This document shows positions 26,641 to 41,700 of a DNA stretch of 64,000 nucleotides, one piece after another. The notes below the pieces were generated by a model. The model was not told where the DNA came from. It did not search any database and saw only the letters and a list, made by a program, of their open reading frames with translations. A program made the translations under genes and the position numbers. The stretch lies in assembly GCF_009914755.1 (NCBI RefSeq), contig NC_060942.1, one strand, 5' to 3'. Positions within the stretch are counted from its first letter, which is position 1, and the number at the start of each line of letters is the position of its first letter. This stretch comes from the human T2T-CHM13v2.0 reference genome, Homo sapiens.

Positions 26641-29525
26641 CATTCTGTCAAACCATCTGCTTAAACATGATGGTGGCCATGGTTAGACCAAGGAATTACA
26701 TGAGCATTGGCCCACTGGAACACTTCACTTGTGAAGTCAGTTCTTTAATTGCAAACAATGCTGTGGGGAATTCCACGAAAATGGATAAGGCATTCTGTAA
26801 CTGTACAGATGGTAGTTTTGGCAGAAACATTGCATGCAGAGAATCCAAATACATATTTGACTGTCTATTCCAGTAAGAATAAAACATTTCCCCTTCCATG
26901 ATGGAAGTGTTCCAATGTAATCAACCTGCCAAGAGGTAGCTAACGTATCGCCCAAGGGAATGGTGCCATATCAGGGACTCAGTGCTGGTCTCTGCTGCTG
27001 ACAGATGTGACATGCATCACTGGCTATTGCCAAATTGCCCGTGATGAGTGGATGTCCATGTACTTGAGCCCATGCATAATCTCCACCCCTGTTACCATGG
27101 CCATTTTTTAATGAACCTATGGCACAATGACGGCAATTAGTGGGAAAGGGAATGACTGGTCTCCACAGAACAGGTCATTCTATTCACTTGCTTGTTTACA
27201 TCTTCTTCTTCTAGATCACCCTTCAGCAAGCATTCACATAGGACACAAATATCTACATTTTTTATCCACTCATATAAGAGTATCCACATACCTTGTTCCC
27301 AGAACTCCTTGTCTCCAATTTTCAACCATGTTCCTTACTATTCAGTGGTAATCCAGCCAAATCATTGGTCACAGCCACTGAATTGCTTTTTTTAAAAATT
27401 AACTTTTACTTTAGATAGTTGGGACACACATGCAGATTTGTTGCATGTGATGCTGGGGTGAATTGCTATAGATTTTTACTTCTGGCCATTTCTCCTCCCA
27501 GGCAAAATGAACAACCAGGTGCACTGCTAAAATTTCTGCCAACTGGATGAATTTTGTTTGCCATTGTTCATTAGGAATGTTCCAGAAAGACATTGTAGTG
27601 CTGGAGCACTTTCTGGTGTCGCTCTAATATCACACAGAATCATCTGTAAACTAGGCCTAATTTTTCTCTTCCTCAGTTAATGGATGGCAGAGCAGCTTGC
27701 ACAGCAGCAGAACTGCAAAGCATTCTGTTGTTTTGGGTTCCACTCAAGCTAGTATCTTTATAGGTCACTCCGATAATGGGCCCTAGTATCATACCCAAAT
27801 AAGGAATATGTTGCTTCCAAAATCCAAAAAGGACCACTAATCCTTCTACCTCTTTATTGGTGATGTGAGGGGCTAAAAGCAGTAACTTATTCCTTACCTT
27901 TGAAGGGACATTTCAACATGCCACATATGACCAAAATTCCACTGATATGAAAGGTCCCTGAATTTTTGTCAGATTTATTTTCCACCCTCTGACATGCAAA
28001 TGTCTTGCCAGTATTTCTAGAATAGTTGTAACTTTCTTCTCACCAGGTCTAATCAGCACAATATCATCAATGTAATGAACCGTCATAATGTTTTATGGAG
28101 GAGAAAGGCAATCAAGGTCCCTATGAACTAAATTATGGAAAAGAGAGTTGACATACTCCTAAGATAAGACAGTGAATGTGTATTTCTGACCTTGCCAGCT
28201 GAAAACAAACTGCCTCTGTTGGTCATTACTAAGAAGTATAGATTTTAAAAAGCCAAATTAATAGCTCCATACCAGTTCCTAGGGCATGTGTTAATTTTCT
28301 CAAGCAATGAAACTACATATGACAGTGCATCTGGAATGGGATAAACTGCCTGATTAAGTTGACAACGTTTCAGTGCCATTTTCCAAGATCCATTTGTTTC
28401 TGCACAGGCTAAATAGAGAAGTCGAAAGGACATGTGGTGGGAATCATTAGTGTGCATCTCTTCAGCCCTTGCTGGTGGCACTCATCTCTGCAGTCCCTCC
28501 GAGAATGCTTTATTGCTTTTGACTTACTATTTTTCTAGCCACGGCAGTTCTAGTGTCTTCCACTTGGCTTTTATTGATGATAGCCATAGTGATGTTTGTA
28601 AAATGATGATAACAGAGGAATAGCAAATTTTAGACCATGCAGCCCATTTCTTTCTGAAGGTACCTCACCTTCCTTCATTTCAAGACTCTGGTATTGTAAA
28701 CTAGCACTGAGAATTTTTGTGGGACTATGCGTGACTCTCTGTTTTGGAGATTCAACTTAGAATTCTGTTCAATAGACCTAAGACTCTTCTGCTTGTACCA
28801 ATGAATTAAGAACTTAGTAACCTGCCTATCTATTTCTTTTCCTGAAATATCATGATGAACTAGCCAAAGCCATAGACCTCTGCAAGTCAGACTATTCTAG
28901 TCACCACTTTGGCTCTTACACAAGTAACAGGAACCACAGCAATTTTGTCTTCGGTGATCAAGTGCTGTCATTTATCCCCTGTCACCAGAGATTCCATTAT
29001 CCCCATTAACATTTAGTTTCATGGTAGCAGTTCCCACTGCAAAGTCTGAACTACAGAGAAGAGGGACCATAGAGCTCTTTAAGGATGCTGGGGGCTCTCC
29101 ACAGAAATCTGTTTATCTCAGTTGTGATAAAACCTGTCTTTTCTGGACCTTCCCAGGGTGTGTGAGCACATCCTACATGGTAACCCACTCTAATATTCCA
29201 ACTGCCCTAAGCCAATAGATACCTTCCTAGACAGTATTCCAAGGTATTTCTGGCATTTGAACTTCATTTAGTATAGACCATCCTTCAGCCCATGTCAACC
29301 AACCAAACACCCAAATCCTTGCTAACCCCTTAAGCTAAAATAAAGAATCTTTGCCTAGTGGGCCTATCTCAATACATTTGCTCTGATCTAACTTTATGTT
29401 CCTTTCATCATTTTCTCACTCCCTTAATATCCATTCCCACATATATTCTTCATATTTATACCTATATACATTGGAAACAAATAGGAAGTACTTTTGGTGT
29501 GTTGCATACTTCCTCATCAGTCACT
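26640..29525 (-). mobile_element. ERV-L internal fragment (gag, RT, RNase H, integrase), pseudogenised, no LTRs
   Basis: Integrase WQVDYIGTLPSWKGKCFILTGID (ORF 26737-26955); RT motif VHYIDDIVL at about 28055-28080; gag-like EYMWEWILR..RNIKLDQ near 29385-29450; many stops and frameshifts. Confidence 0.92.
27388..27458 (-). mobile_element. 71-bp L1 (old L1PA/L1PB) 3'-terminal insertion
   Basis: T-tail plus TTTTACTTTAGAT..CATGCAGATTTGTTGCATG..GATGCTGGGGT; TSD TGAATTGCT at 27379-27387 and 27459-27467. Confidence 0.75.
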
Positions 29526-29529
29526 CTTT

Positions 29530-31070
29530 GCTGATAAAAGAGGTCAAAGAAAATCTAAATAAAAGGAGATACATACTATTTTATGAATTAAAAGACTCAA
29601 CATGGTAGAGGTGTCAATTATCCCCTAATTGATAAACAAGTTTAACAAAATTCCTACTAAAGTCTCTGTAAGATTTTTTTTGTATTTACTCATTATTATT
29701 TTAAACTTTATAGGACAAATGCTTTTTCATATAGCTAATACCTAAAATAATCTTGTAAAAAGAAGAATAAAGTAGAATGAATCAGGGTACCAAATTTTAA
29801 AGCTGAATATATAGCTATAATAATCAACAGTGTGTGGTAATGGCAGAAATATAGGCAAATAGATCAATGGGATGGCATACAGAACCTGGAAATAAATCCA
29901 CACAAATAAGCCAAACAGAGTTTTGCCACACGTGTAAAAGCAATTCAATGGAGAAAAGGTAGGCTTTTCAACAAATAAATCTGCGGCAATTGGACATCAG
30001 TAAGTAAAAACAAACAAAAAATGACCTGTCTCACACCCTACAGAAAAGTTAACTCAAAATGGATTGTGAATTTAAATTTGAAATATAAATCATAAAAATC
30101 TTTAATAAAACAGGATAACATCTTCAGAATCTTAGGTGAGGCAAAAAGTTCTTAGACTTAAAACCAACAGCATGTGGTATAGCCATACAAAATAATATTA
30201 TTCAGCCATTAAAAGAAACATGTACTTTGGGGATGAATTTTAAAACATTATGTTAAGTGAAAGAAGCCAGACAGAAAAGGCCACATATTGCATTATTCTG
30301 CTTATATGACATATTCAGAATAGGTAAATCTATAGTCAGAATGTGAATTGGTGTTTGCCTGAAAATGTAGGGAGAGGTAATGAGGACTGAGCACTTAAGG
30401 TGTATGGGGTTTGCTTTTGGAGTGGTAAAATTATTTTCAAACAGATAAAGTTGGAGGTCGTACAACATTGTAAATGTACTAAATGCCACTGATGTTTACA
30501 CGTTAAAGTGGCTAACTTTATCTAATATTAATTCTGCCTCAATAAAAATAAAAAGACCCATCTGTACATGAATATGTATAGCAGATTTTTTCATAATAGC
30601 ACCAAACTGGAAACAACCTAGATGTCCTTCAGAAGGTGAATGTGTAAACAAACTGTGGTATATCCATACCATGAAACACTTCTCAGTAATACAAAGAAGC
30701 AACTGACACATACAAAAACTGAAGTGAGCCTCCAGAGAACTATGCTAATTGAAAAAAAAAAATCCAGAAAGTTACATACTATACTATTGCAATTTAATAA
30801 CATTCTTCAATGAGTAAATTATGGAAATGGAGAACAGATTAATGAATGTTAGGGGCCAAGGAGTGAATGGAAGTGGAAGGTGAGTGTGGCTCATATAAAT
30901 ATTCCATATCTTAACTCTATAGTTCTTAATATCTTAGTTGTAATATTGTACTATAATTTTGCAAGATGTTTCCATTGAAGGAATTTAAATATAGAGTACA
31001 TGGAACTTTTCTGTATTATTTTTCACAGCTGCAATTACCTCTCAATCAACAATTCAATTAATAAATATGA
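29530..31070 (+). mobile_element. L1M ORF2 end and 3' ends (L1MB-like 3' end at 30170-30555, then an L1MD/MC-like 3' end)
   Basis: AATAGATCAATGG..CCTGGAAATAAATCCACAC; TTATGTTAAGTGAAAGAAGCCAGAC; CCAAACTGGAAACAACC. Confidence 0.8.
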
Positions 31071-31075
31071 TAGAA

Positions 31076-31526
<451 letters not shown>

Positions 31527-31639
31527 TCAAAAACAACTACATATTTTATATCTTAAAGACTGTCTCCTTTTTTCAAAAATATAACAATGGCCTATTTTAC
31601 ACTATTTTACATTACTTGCTGGCAACCACGCCTGTTCTT

Positions 31640-31958
31640 TCTACCTTTTGTCCTGCCCTGCTAAAGTCCATCATTTTTATTTGGAGGTCTCTGCTCTACT
31701 ACCACCTTGTCAGTAAGAACTTTTATAATTCTTTCTAGATCGGATCCTTTCTTACATTCTGTGCTTTTTGATTCCCCTTTTCCCACATTATTTTTCTTCA
31801 TAACTGTCAGCAAATACTGAAGGATATCTTTACTTGCCTTCTCCAACTAAGATGTAAACTACAGGAGATACATGACTTTGTTCATTGATTCATCCCTCTG
31901 GATTGTAGAATGTGCTTGGCATGTAATAGATGCTCAGCCCATGCTCCCTGAATGAATG
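31640..31958 (+). mobile_element. L2 3'-end fragment
   Basis: GATGTAAACT..GTGCTTGGCATGTAATAGATGCTCA..TGAATGAATG. Confidence 0.65.
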
Positions 31959-33200
31959 CCACTCAGAAGCGGAGTTGCTTACTGCAGGTTTTCAGCTCTG
32001 CTAACAAAACTTGAGTGGCTCCACAGCTTCTGATAAAAAAGGAGCATGATACTAAAAACTCACATGCAGAACCTGGCTTGCAAATAGAATCTCCCGAAGT
32101 TCAAGAAAAATGATAGCCTATTCTGTTAATTAGACTATTTTAAACTTATTTCTAGACTAACAGAAACAATAACAACCTTTTTAAAATTAGTTCACCATAT
32201 TTAATTGTTATTAAGTTTTAAATTTTTATTTGGTCGTACTGATTTGTAAATGTTTGGTAAATGGGTTTTTTTGTGAATCTCAAAAAATAAAAATAAAAAA
32301 ACAGCTGTTGCTTGTTTTTGCTACTAATAATATTTACTTGTCTCCAAGAATCTTAGCTTTTAAGAAAGATAGAGGAATAAAGGGCACTGAATTGAGAGAA
32401 CTCTCTACAGAAGATAAGTTGAATGTTTGTATCTTCTTAATATCTAACATTATTGTGTATTTTTACACATATACATATGTATGTCTTGTAAATATATTAG
32501 TTATAATAAAGTATCATAAAATAATTAGAAGCAGAGTTGATGCATTTGTCTAACAGATTTATAATGAAAATAAAAACAAGTGTCTTTATTTTACTTCTTA
32601 CTGTCTTCAAACATTAGGTCAAAAAGTAGCACTCATTCTAACAAGTGCACATTCTCTGATCCATAGTGATAAAATAAACAAAACTCTATTTTACATTTGT
32701 CTTATCATATCTTAATATTTATATAAATATAGGAATGGGAAGTATGAACAGTACTAAAAACATTTTGCTGTCATATTATTTTATCTATTTAGATGAGTTT
32801 TTAAAGATATAAAAATCAAATGAATTATTTACCCTGCAAACTATGATAATTCATCAACAAAAATTATTTTATTGCTGATGTCTTCCCCACCAGTCTCTCC
32901 CTCTGCTTAAAGGACTTTATTGCTTTCCAATTGCTACAGAGATGAAAACAACAACAATAACAAAATACTTAGATTATGACAACCCTTGTGTCACCAAAGG
33001 TCTTGCCTACCCTCCAGTTTAAACTTTTGTTCTTAATTTTTCACCATGGTGAAGGCAAATCTGCCTTTCCTTCATTTCATAAAGGTATATTTGTATGCTT
33101 TTCCCTGCTATTCTAACTCCAAATTAAGACTTGACAAATAACAACATGGATATCTGGTGCAAGAATACAGTACCATGGAAAAAAAAAAAAAAAGACTAGA

Positions 33201-33557
33201 TGTCGTAATTCATTCTTGCTGCAATAGCAAAATGCTTTAGACTGGGTAGTTAATAAATCACAGAAATTTACTGCTGACAGTTGTGGATACTGGGGTGTTC
33301 CAGACAAACATGCTGGCAATTTTGATCTGGTGAGGGCCCATTCTTTACCAATGGCACCATGTAGCTGTGTGTTCATGTGGCAGAAGAGACAAGCATGATT
33401 CATTTAGCCACTTTTATAAAGATGCCCATCTCATTAATAAGAGTAGAATCCCTATGACTTAATCACTTCCCAAAAGATCCACTTCGTAATAACACCAAGT
33501 TGTGAATTCTGTTTCAATATATGAATTTTGGGGCTACACAAACGTTCAACCATAGCA
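33201..33557 (-). mobile_element. MaLR solo LTR (MLT1A-type), complete
   Basis: TG...CA termini, about 357 bp, 5-bp TSD CTAGA at 33196-33200 and 33558-33562. Confidence 0.9.
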
Positions 33558-33961
33558 CTAGAATGGACTGAATTGACAATGAACTTGATTGACTTCACTA
33601 TACCTTAGTTTCTCAACAAATCATATATATTTCTAAAGATATTGAAGTTAAAATGTACAAAAGTGCTATATAAATATACAGACGAGACTACATTACAATG
33701 GTTTGAAATCAAATCCATCCAAATTGTTTACTGAAAATTATATTTTTATAATAATCTAATAATAAATTCAGCTGTTTTAGAATTTCAATTGTGTCTATAA
33801 AATGAGAACAAAAATTGTTAAAGCTCATATCTTCTTAACCATTGTAGCAGAATGCTTTAGTCTTAGGGGAAACTTCTTCAGTAGAAGGAAGCACAGCAAA
33901 TTTGCCTTTATAGAGATTCAACTCTTGGTGCTTGGGCAAAGAATAAGAATTACATTAAGCA

Positions 33962-34270
<309 letters not shown>

Positions 34271-35739
34271 TTAAGCAGCAGCAGCAGCAGTGAGAGAGGG
34301 AAGAATGAAAGAAGAAATTTCTAGAATAAGATTGATCTCCAGCACCATGCCAATCATGGACTGGATACAATTCATGCATATGTTTTGTGAGAGAGGTGAG
34401 AGATGTGAATCCCTTTCTCATTTGGTCCCAGTCTGCAATTGTGAACAAGAGCCAATTTATTAATCTGATCTCAGGGAAACAGGGACCAGGAAGTAAATCT
34501 AGACATATCAGACACATTGAGAGACGGTGTTTTGAGAAACTGGGGCTCAATGAATTATTTCCCTGCTTGTTCTCTGCCTGAGATTGGAACAATTGAGAGA
34601 CAAATTAGTCACCGAGCTACAAGCAGCACTGAAAATGCCATCATCCCATGGTTTATCCCTGGAAAACTTTTGGTGTGGAGATCCCATTTATTTATTCCTT
34701 TTGGTGTGGAGAAGCCTATTTATTTCCTTCAAACAGCTGTCATCCAAGACAAGGAAAAGTTGAGAAACTCAAGCCAGCTTTTTTTTTTTTTTTTAATTTT
34801 AAAGTCACCATACCAGTCCTCTAGAGAAATGGAAGAGATTACAAATAGCAGAAGGATTATTGTAATAGCGAGTTCTCCATATGGAACTCTGTATCAGAAA
34901 TAGGAATTTAATTCCTTCCTAAATTATATGTCTCTTTCTCAAAATAATTCATCGAAATGTTATATATTTTGCCATATATTCAGAAATTAAACTCTAAGTG
35001 CATTTTCTCCTTATTGAGATGTAATATAAGAGGCATAGTCTTTCACACACTTCTATCCTCTTAGTGGCAGCTTTAAATTCTGGACTTTGAGCTTCTTTTG
35101 TAGTCAGAAACTATGTGTTTATCATTTTTGTTTGTATTGTGGCTTAACATAGAATAAATATTTCATATATTCTTATTAAGCTAATGATTAAATACAAAGT
35201 AAATTTGTAAAGAGAATATTATTTCTGTGTTCACCAAATCCTATGTATTGGGTGACATTCTGTAACAAACACATTTGGCGAAAATATACTAATAAATTCA
35301 CCTATGAGGCTTTATAAACTGCAAAAAATATATACACATAAATCTAGTATCAACTTGTGCCATGTGTGTTATTTTACACTAATCTAAAAACCACTGTATC
35401 CCTGTAAGAACCAACAAGACAGCACAATGTTTGAAGCATTCTGGAAGTGTAAGATTTATGCAGTAGAGTGTTTCATAATCTTTTCTCCCCTGTCCTTGTT
35501 ATAAACAAAATTTAATAATTCAGTGTTTTCCATAATGATGTTACCTACTAATTGGCTAAATTGAACAGCCACCACATACTTCATTTAGCTACATGAATTA
35601 AGCTGACTTTGCTTACTAAAAACCTATAATGCTTTCAGCAAATAATTTCTTATCAGCAGAACATGAACAATACATTCTGCATTTTCAGGTAAACTTTACT
35701 GAGTTTAGTAACTTATTTTAATGGTGAAGAAATGAAATA

Positions 35740-36604
35740 CAGTCACATAACACTTAATGATGAGCATACATTCCAATTAATTAATCTAGCTGATTTTTGT
35801 CATTGTGCAAACATCACGGTGTGTACTTATGTAAACCTACATGGTATATATAGCCTACTACACATCTAAGCTACATGATGTTGCCTATTAATTCTGGGCT
35901 ACAAATCTGTACAGCATATTAGTCTCATGAATACTAAAGGCCATTGTAACACAACGGTAACTATTTGTGTATATAAACACATCTAAATAGAAAAGGCGCA
36001 ACAAAAATGTGGTGCAAAAGAAAAAAAAAGTGGTATACTTGTCTGGTCACTTGCCAGGAATAGAGCTTGCAGGACTGGAAGTTTCTCTGGGTGGGTCAGT
36101 GAGTGGGTGACAAGTCAATCTGAGGGCCTAGGACATTACTATACACCACTGTAGGCTTTATAAACAATGTACACTTACACTACACCAAACTTATTTCAAA
36201 AGTTTTCTTTCTTCAATAATAAATTAATCTATGTTACTATAACCTTTTTACTTTATAAACTTTAATTTTTTAAACTTTTGACTCATAATAACATTTAGCT
36301 AAAATGCAAAAACATTGTAAGCTGTACAAATATATTTTTAAAACATTTTTATTCTATATGTTTTTTCTTATTTTTAAATTCTCTCTTTATTTTACTTCTT
36401 TAACTCTTTATTTAAAAAACTAAGACACAAGCACACACATTATCATAGGCTTACCCGGGGTCAAGATCATCAATATCACTGTCTTCCACCTCCACGTTTT
36501 GTGTCACTGGAAGGTCTTCAGGGACAATAAAAGCTCTATTATAATCTTGTGTCTTATGGGACCACCGTTGCATATGCAGACTGTCATTATGTGGTCTATG
36601 ACTG
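35740..36604 (+). mobile_element. Tigger3 (MER7/Golem) non-autonomous DNA transposon, longer derivative
   Basis: TA-CAGTCA...TGACTG-TA termini; TGTACTTATGTAAACCTA, GCCTACTACACATCTAAGCTA, TTATGGGACCACCGT. Confidence 0.88.
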
Positions 36605-37436
36605 TATTTCCAAACACTTCAAATGCAAAAGGAAAGGCAAAGTGGGTAATATCTGAAAGTAAGGGAAAGGTTTTTTTTTTTCTAGTAAGTAGTAGAGAGA
36701 AAGCTGTTTCACAGAAAAAGTCTTGAGATTCACACAAAATTAAGCTTGTTTGACATGCTTTCTCTGAATATATGCCAAGCACATATTAAGATATGCTTTT
36801 CTCCCTTGGCACTCTAAGATAGCATTAGGCAAGGGTTTCACATCTCTAAACTGTTTCTGAATAATTTCTTCTGGTGGTGGCCTTATCATAAAGAATTTTA
36901 AGATATCCTAGTAGAAAGTCTCTAAAAGGATGCTTTCCCAAAATAGAAATGCAGTGGGTCATATGTTAATAATGTAATCTAAGTAAAGCTGAAAGAAACC
37001 CTGTAGGTTAAAAACAGATTAGAATGTTAAGAAAAAATATAACATTTTCAGAATATTAGACAATTCATAACTATTTCAGAAAAAGTATTAATTGGAATGC
37101 ACAGCAGACAAAATATAATCAGTTAAGAGACTTGGAGAACAACATTCAAACAACATGTATTTTATTAGGTCATTTTTATTGTTTCTGCTGGATCTTTTTT
37201 CCCCATTTCATGAGCTTTTGATTTTTCTTGACTTACAAAATTAATATTTAAATTCTTTTAATAATAACAACCTCTAGCCCTTGAAGCCAAATTAATCATT
37301 TGTTTATATATAGTTAAGTGGATCTCTGAGAAAAAGTAAAAGAATACAAAATGGCCAATGTCTGGGTAAATACAAATTTTATCTGTTTGCCTCTTATTCA
37401 AAGTGCATGTGATAATTCAAAACAAAAATTCTGGTA

Positions 37437-37769
37437 CAGTCATGTGCCATGTAACATTTCACTGTCAATCTCAGACCGCATATATAACTGTGCTCTCATA
37501 CGATTATAATACAGTATTTGTAATGTACATTTTCTCTGTTTAGATATATAAATACTTATGACTGTGTTACAATGGACTATAGTATTCAATATAGTAAAAA
37601 TCTGTATAGGTTTGCAGCCCAGGAGCCATAGGCTATACTACATAGTGTAGGTGTATAGTAGGTGATACTGTCTAGGTTTTTGTAAGTACATTCTATGGTG
37701 TTTGCACAATGACTTGCCTAACAATGCACTTCTCAGAGTGCATCCACCTCGTTAAATAATGCATGACTG
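37437..37769 (-). mobile_element. Tigger3a (MER7A)-like MITE
   Basis: TA-CAGTCATG...CATGACTG-TA terminal inverted repeats with TA TSD, about 333 bp. Confidence 0.88.
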
Positions 37770-37894
37770 TATTGGGACTTGAGGTTTCAGCGGTGATATG
37801 TAAAGAGCCTAGAAGTTGTCACTCATCCTTACAACAAGAGAAAGCTGGACAAACTGAAAATAGTATTTTTAAATGTTGAGTTTAATTAATTTTG

Positions 37895-38345
37895 AAATTA
37901 ATTTTTATTTAAAATTGACACATAATTGTACATATTCATGGGGTACAGTGTGATGTTTCAATGCATTTATACATTGTGTAATAATCAAATCAGGGTAATT
38001 ACCATATCCATCACCTTAAACATTCATCATTTCTTTGAAGTGATACAAAAATCTTCTCCTCTAGCTATCTCGAAATATACACTACATTGTTATTAGCTAT
38101 AGTCACACTACTGTATAATAAAATACCAGAGCTTATTGTTCTTGTCTATCTGTAACTTTGTACTCATGGACCAATTTCTCCCAGTTCCTCCTTCCCCCTA
38201 CCCTCCCCAGTCTCTTGTAACCACTCTTCTACTCTCTACTTCTATGAAATCAACTTTTGTTTAGATTCCACATACGAGGGAGATCACACAGTGTTTGTAC
38301 TTCTGTGATTGGCTTATTTCACCTAATGTGATGTCCTTCAGCCTT
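37895..38345 (-). mobile_element. L1MA 3' end
   Basis: TTGACACATAATTGTACATATTCATGGGGTACAGTGTGATGTTTC; TTAGATTCCACATA; GGCTTATTTCAC. Confidence 0.9.
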
Positions 38346-38984
38346 ACCACCTATAGAATAATAACAATGGACTACAACCATAAGACCTGTGAGACACAAC
38401 TCTTTTTAAGGAGGCTTACTTCTAAAGGCTCAGAATGAAGAGGAAAGTCAAAGTAAGAACACTGGTAGAGTTGGAAGTCTCTGGCATAAATGACTACAGA
38501 AGACATTCACAAAGACTACCACATATTGAAATGCAAAGAGAACAAATAATAAGTTCTTTAAAAAGTATACAAGAACCGTGGCAAAATACCAAAAATTTGT
38601 GTTATAGGAATAACAAAAGGAGAAGAGAAAATGGGGATTTACGTACCAGATTTTGTGTGGACATATATTTTCATTTCTCTTGAATATTATGAGATATAAA
38701 TTATTCCTCAATTAACATTTAAAATTTCAAAAAGCAAACTCAAAAGGCCATAATAATAAAACGACAATACTACTAATTGCTAGTAAGTATACAGATCAAC
38801 AGGAATTCTCATTCTTTGTTAGTGAGAATGCAAACTGGTACAGCCACGCTACAGGTGGTTGGTAATTTCCTACAAAAGTAGACATGGCTTCATCATAGCA
38901 TCTACTAGTAATATAATTAGGTATCTATCCAACTGACTTGAAAATGTATGTCCACACAAAAACCTGCATGTGACTGTTTATTGA

Positions 38985-39371
<387 letters not shown>

Positions 39372-40183
39372 TAAGTGTGGTATATCATGCAGTGGAATGC
39401 TATTCAGAGATAAAGAAGGAACTATCTATCAAACAATGAAAATTATGGTTGAATGTTAATGCATATGGCTAAGGGAAAGAAGCCAGCCTGAAAAGGTTGC
39501 ACACTGTATATTTCCATTTATATGATATTTTAGAAAGGTAAAAGCCATAGAGACAGCAAACAAATTAGTGTTTGCCACGGTTTATTGGAGAGGAGAGTTG
39601 AATAGGTGAAACATGGGATATTTCGGGGTAACAAAACTATTTTATGTGATATTGTAGTGGTGGATACCTGACACTATGCAAATGTCAAAACTCATTAAAC
39701 TTTATAGTTGCAAGTGTAAATTATATAATTTGCAATAAAAAAAGAGAGGTCAAGGAAATTCGTGAATGGAGTGTTGACTGTAACAAAGAATAAGTTAATT
39801 TTACAGAAAATGTGTGAACAACCTTACTGAATGGAATGCTAAACTGTGGATGACCTAAGTAACTTTGAAAATTAGCAGTGTCTCTAAGACTAAAGCAAAT
39901 GGGACACTACATACTCTACTTGTTAAAGTTGTTTCCCACTGGGTACTGTTTAACAATACTGACGCTGCTGAACAGGTTTACTGAAATGAATAATTAAGGA
40001 AATGAATGGCAGATTCTGAATGAACTTCAGAGCCAACTGAGAGAGCTTCCAATGGCCAAAGCGGAAATAATTTGAAAAAGAAAATAAATAATTATTGGAT
40101 AATAACACGAGGTATAAAATAAATATCCATAGTTTTACATTAACATAAAGAAAGACTAAACTAATAAATGGCAAAAGATAAAT

Positions 40184-40497
40184 ACCAGGCACAGTGGCTC
40201 ACACCTGTAATCCAGCACTTCGGGTGGCTGAGGCGAGCAGATCACCTGAGGCCAGGAGTTTCAGGCCAGCCTGGCCAACATGGTGAGACCCCATCACTAC
40301 TAAAAAAAAAAAAAAAAAAGAAAAAAAATAGAAAAAATAGCCGGGAATGGTCACGAGAGCGTATTCCCAGCCACTCAGGAAGCTGAGGCAGGAGAGTCGC
40401 TTGAACCCAGAAGGTGAAGGCTGAAGTGAGCCAAAATCATGCCACTGCACTCCAGCTTGGGAGACAGAGCAGGACTCTATCTCAAAAAAAAAAAAAA
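40184..40497 (+). mobile_element. AluS with expanded middle A-linker
   Basis: Dimer; linker reads TACTA19GA8TAGA5TAGCC. Confidence 0.93.
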
Positions 40498-40619
40498 TTA
40501 TGCAAAAGAATTCCAAATAATTTACATAAACACCCCAGCCTTAAGGAAGTGGAGCATCAATCAAGGGATACAGTATAAAAAATGGGGCAAAAGTACCTTC
40601 TAAAGGGAGAAATTTAACT

Positions 40620-41700
40620 TTACTGACATTCTTTAATTGTCCACCAAATGGTATCTATTAATAAAAACTTCCTATGCCCTTGAACATAATGTGATTTTCT
40701 CCTGCTATGGAGAGCAAAAGTCAATTAAATTAATAATTTGGTTAATAATATTATAAAAGGCTTTGATATGTTTACAGATATTTTCATTTAATTTCTCTAC
40801 AAATTCTAAAGTACAAAAATTTAAATTTACAATTAAAATTACAGATTATATTCCTACTTTCAGTTTTTTCTTTCAGTTTCTATTTCATGCATTTTAAAGT
40901 TATGCTATTACATTTATTTTTGTTTAAATATTTTGTCTCTTCTTGATTTATTGACATTTTAATATAATAAATAACCCATTTAGTGCTGAAAATATTGCTT
41001 ATATACAAATCTACCTTGTCAGAAATTATATATCCACTAGAGCTTTCTTATTATCTGTTTTGGCATTGTATGCATAATTTTAATATTTTTATTTTATATG
41101 TAATACATGGTTCTTGTATACAACATACTATTGCATCTTGATCTTTCATCAAATCTATCAATATCTGCCTTTTAAGTGGAACATTTTGGCCATTTACATT
41201 CAATTTAATTATCAATATGATTGAGTTTAAGCCCATCCTCTCATTTTTACTTTTCTATTTATTTCACGTTTTTTGTATTTTTTCTATTTTTCTATCTTAA
41301 ATTAGATTCAGTATTTTCAAATACTTCGCTTTTATATCATGTCTAAACTTATTCCAAGGTATTCTTTATTCCAGATATTATATTTTTCAGTTCTAGAATT
41401 TATACTCAGTTCTTTTTCATAAAATCTATTTTTCTCTTGTAGTAACCCTTCTTGAGATATGTTAACATTTTAGTCATTATGTGTGTGTGATTTTATATAT
41501 ATATATGTGTGTATATGTATGTATATAGATTAACATATTTTAATATATATTATAAAGCCCTTTCTTAGCATTTACAATATCTAATCATATGTGCTTCTAT
41601 ATATGATTTTATCTTTTCATTATGGGTGACATTTTCCTTCTTACATTTTAAACCTTTTTGAAAAATATTTTGTTAGCTGTTGGGCATAATAGTACAGCGA
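40620..41700 (-). mobile_element. Old L1M fragment (ORF2 start / ORF1)
   Basis: ORF 41051-41236 translates LNVNGQNVPLKRQIL..IVCCIQE, the N-terminus of the L1 endonuclease. Confidence 0.7.

Noticed and set aside
26667-29218. Domesticated retroviral gene
   Set aside because: ERV-L homology is fragmented by stops, frameshifts and an L1 insertion; no long ORF remains.
34274-34290. (CAG)5 as a disease-type triplet repeat
   Set aside because: It is too short and has no gene context.
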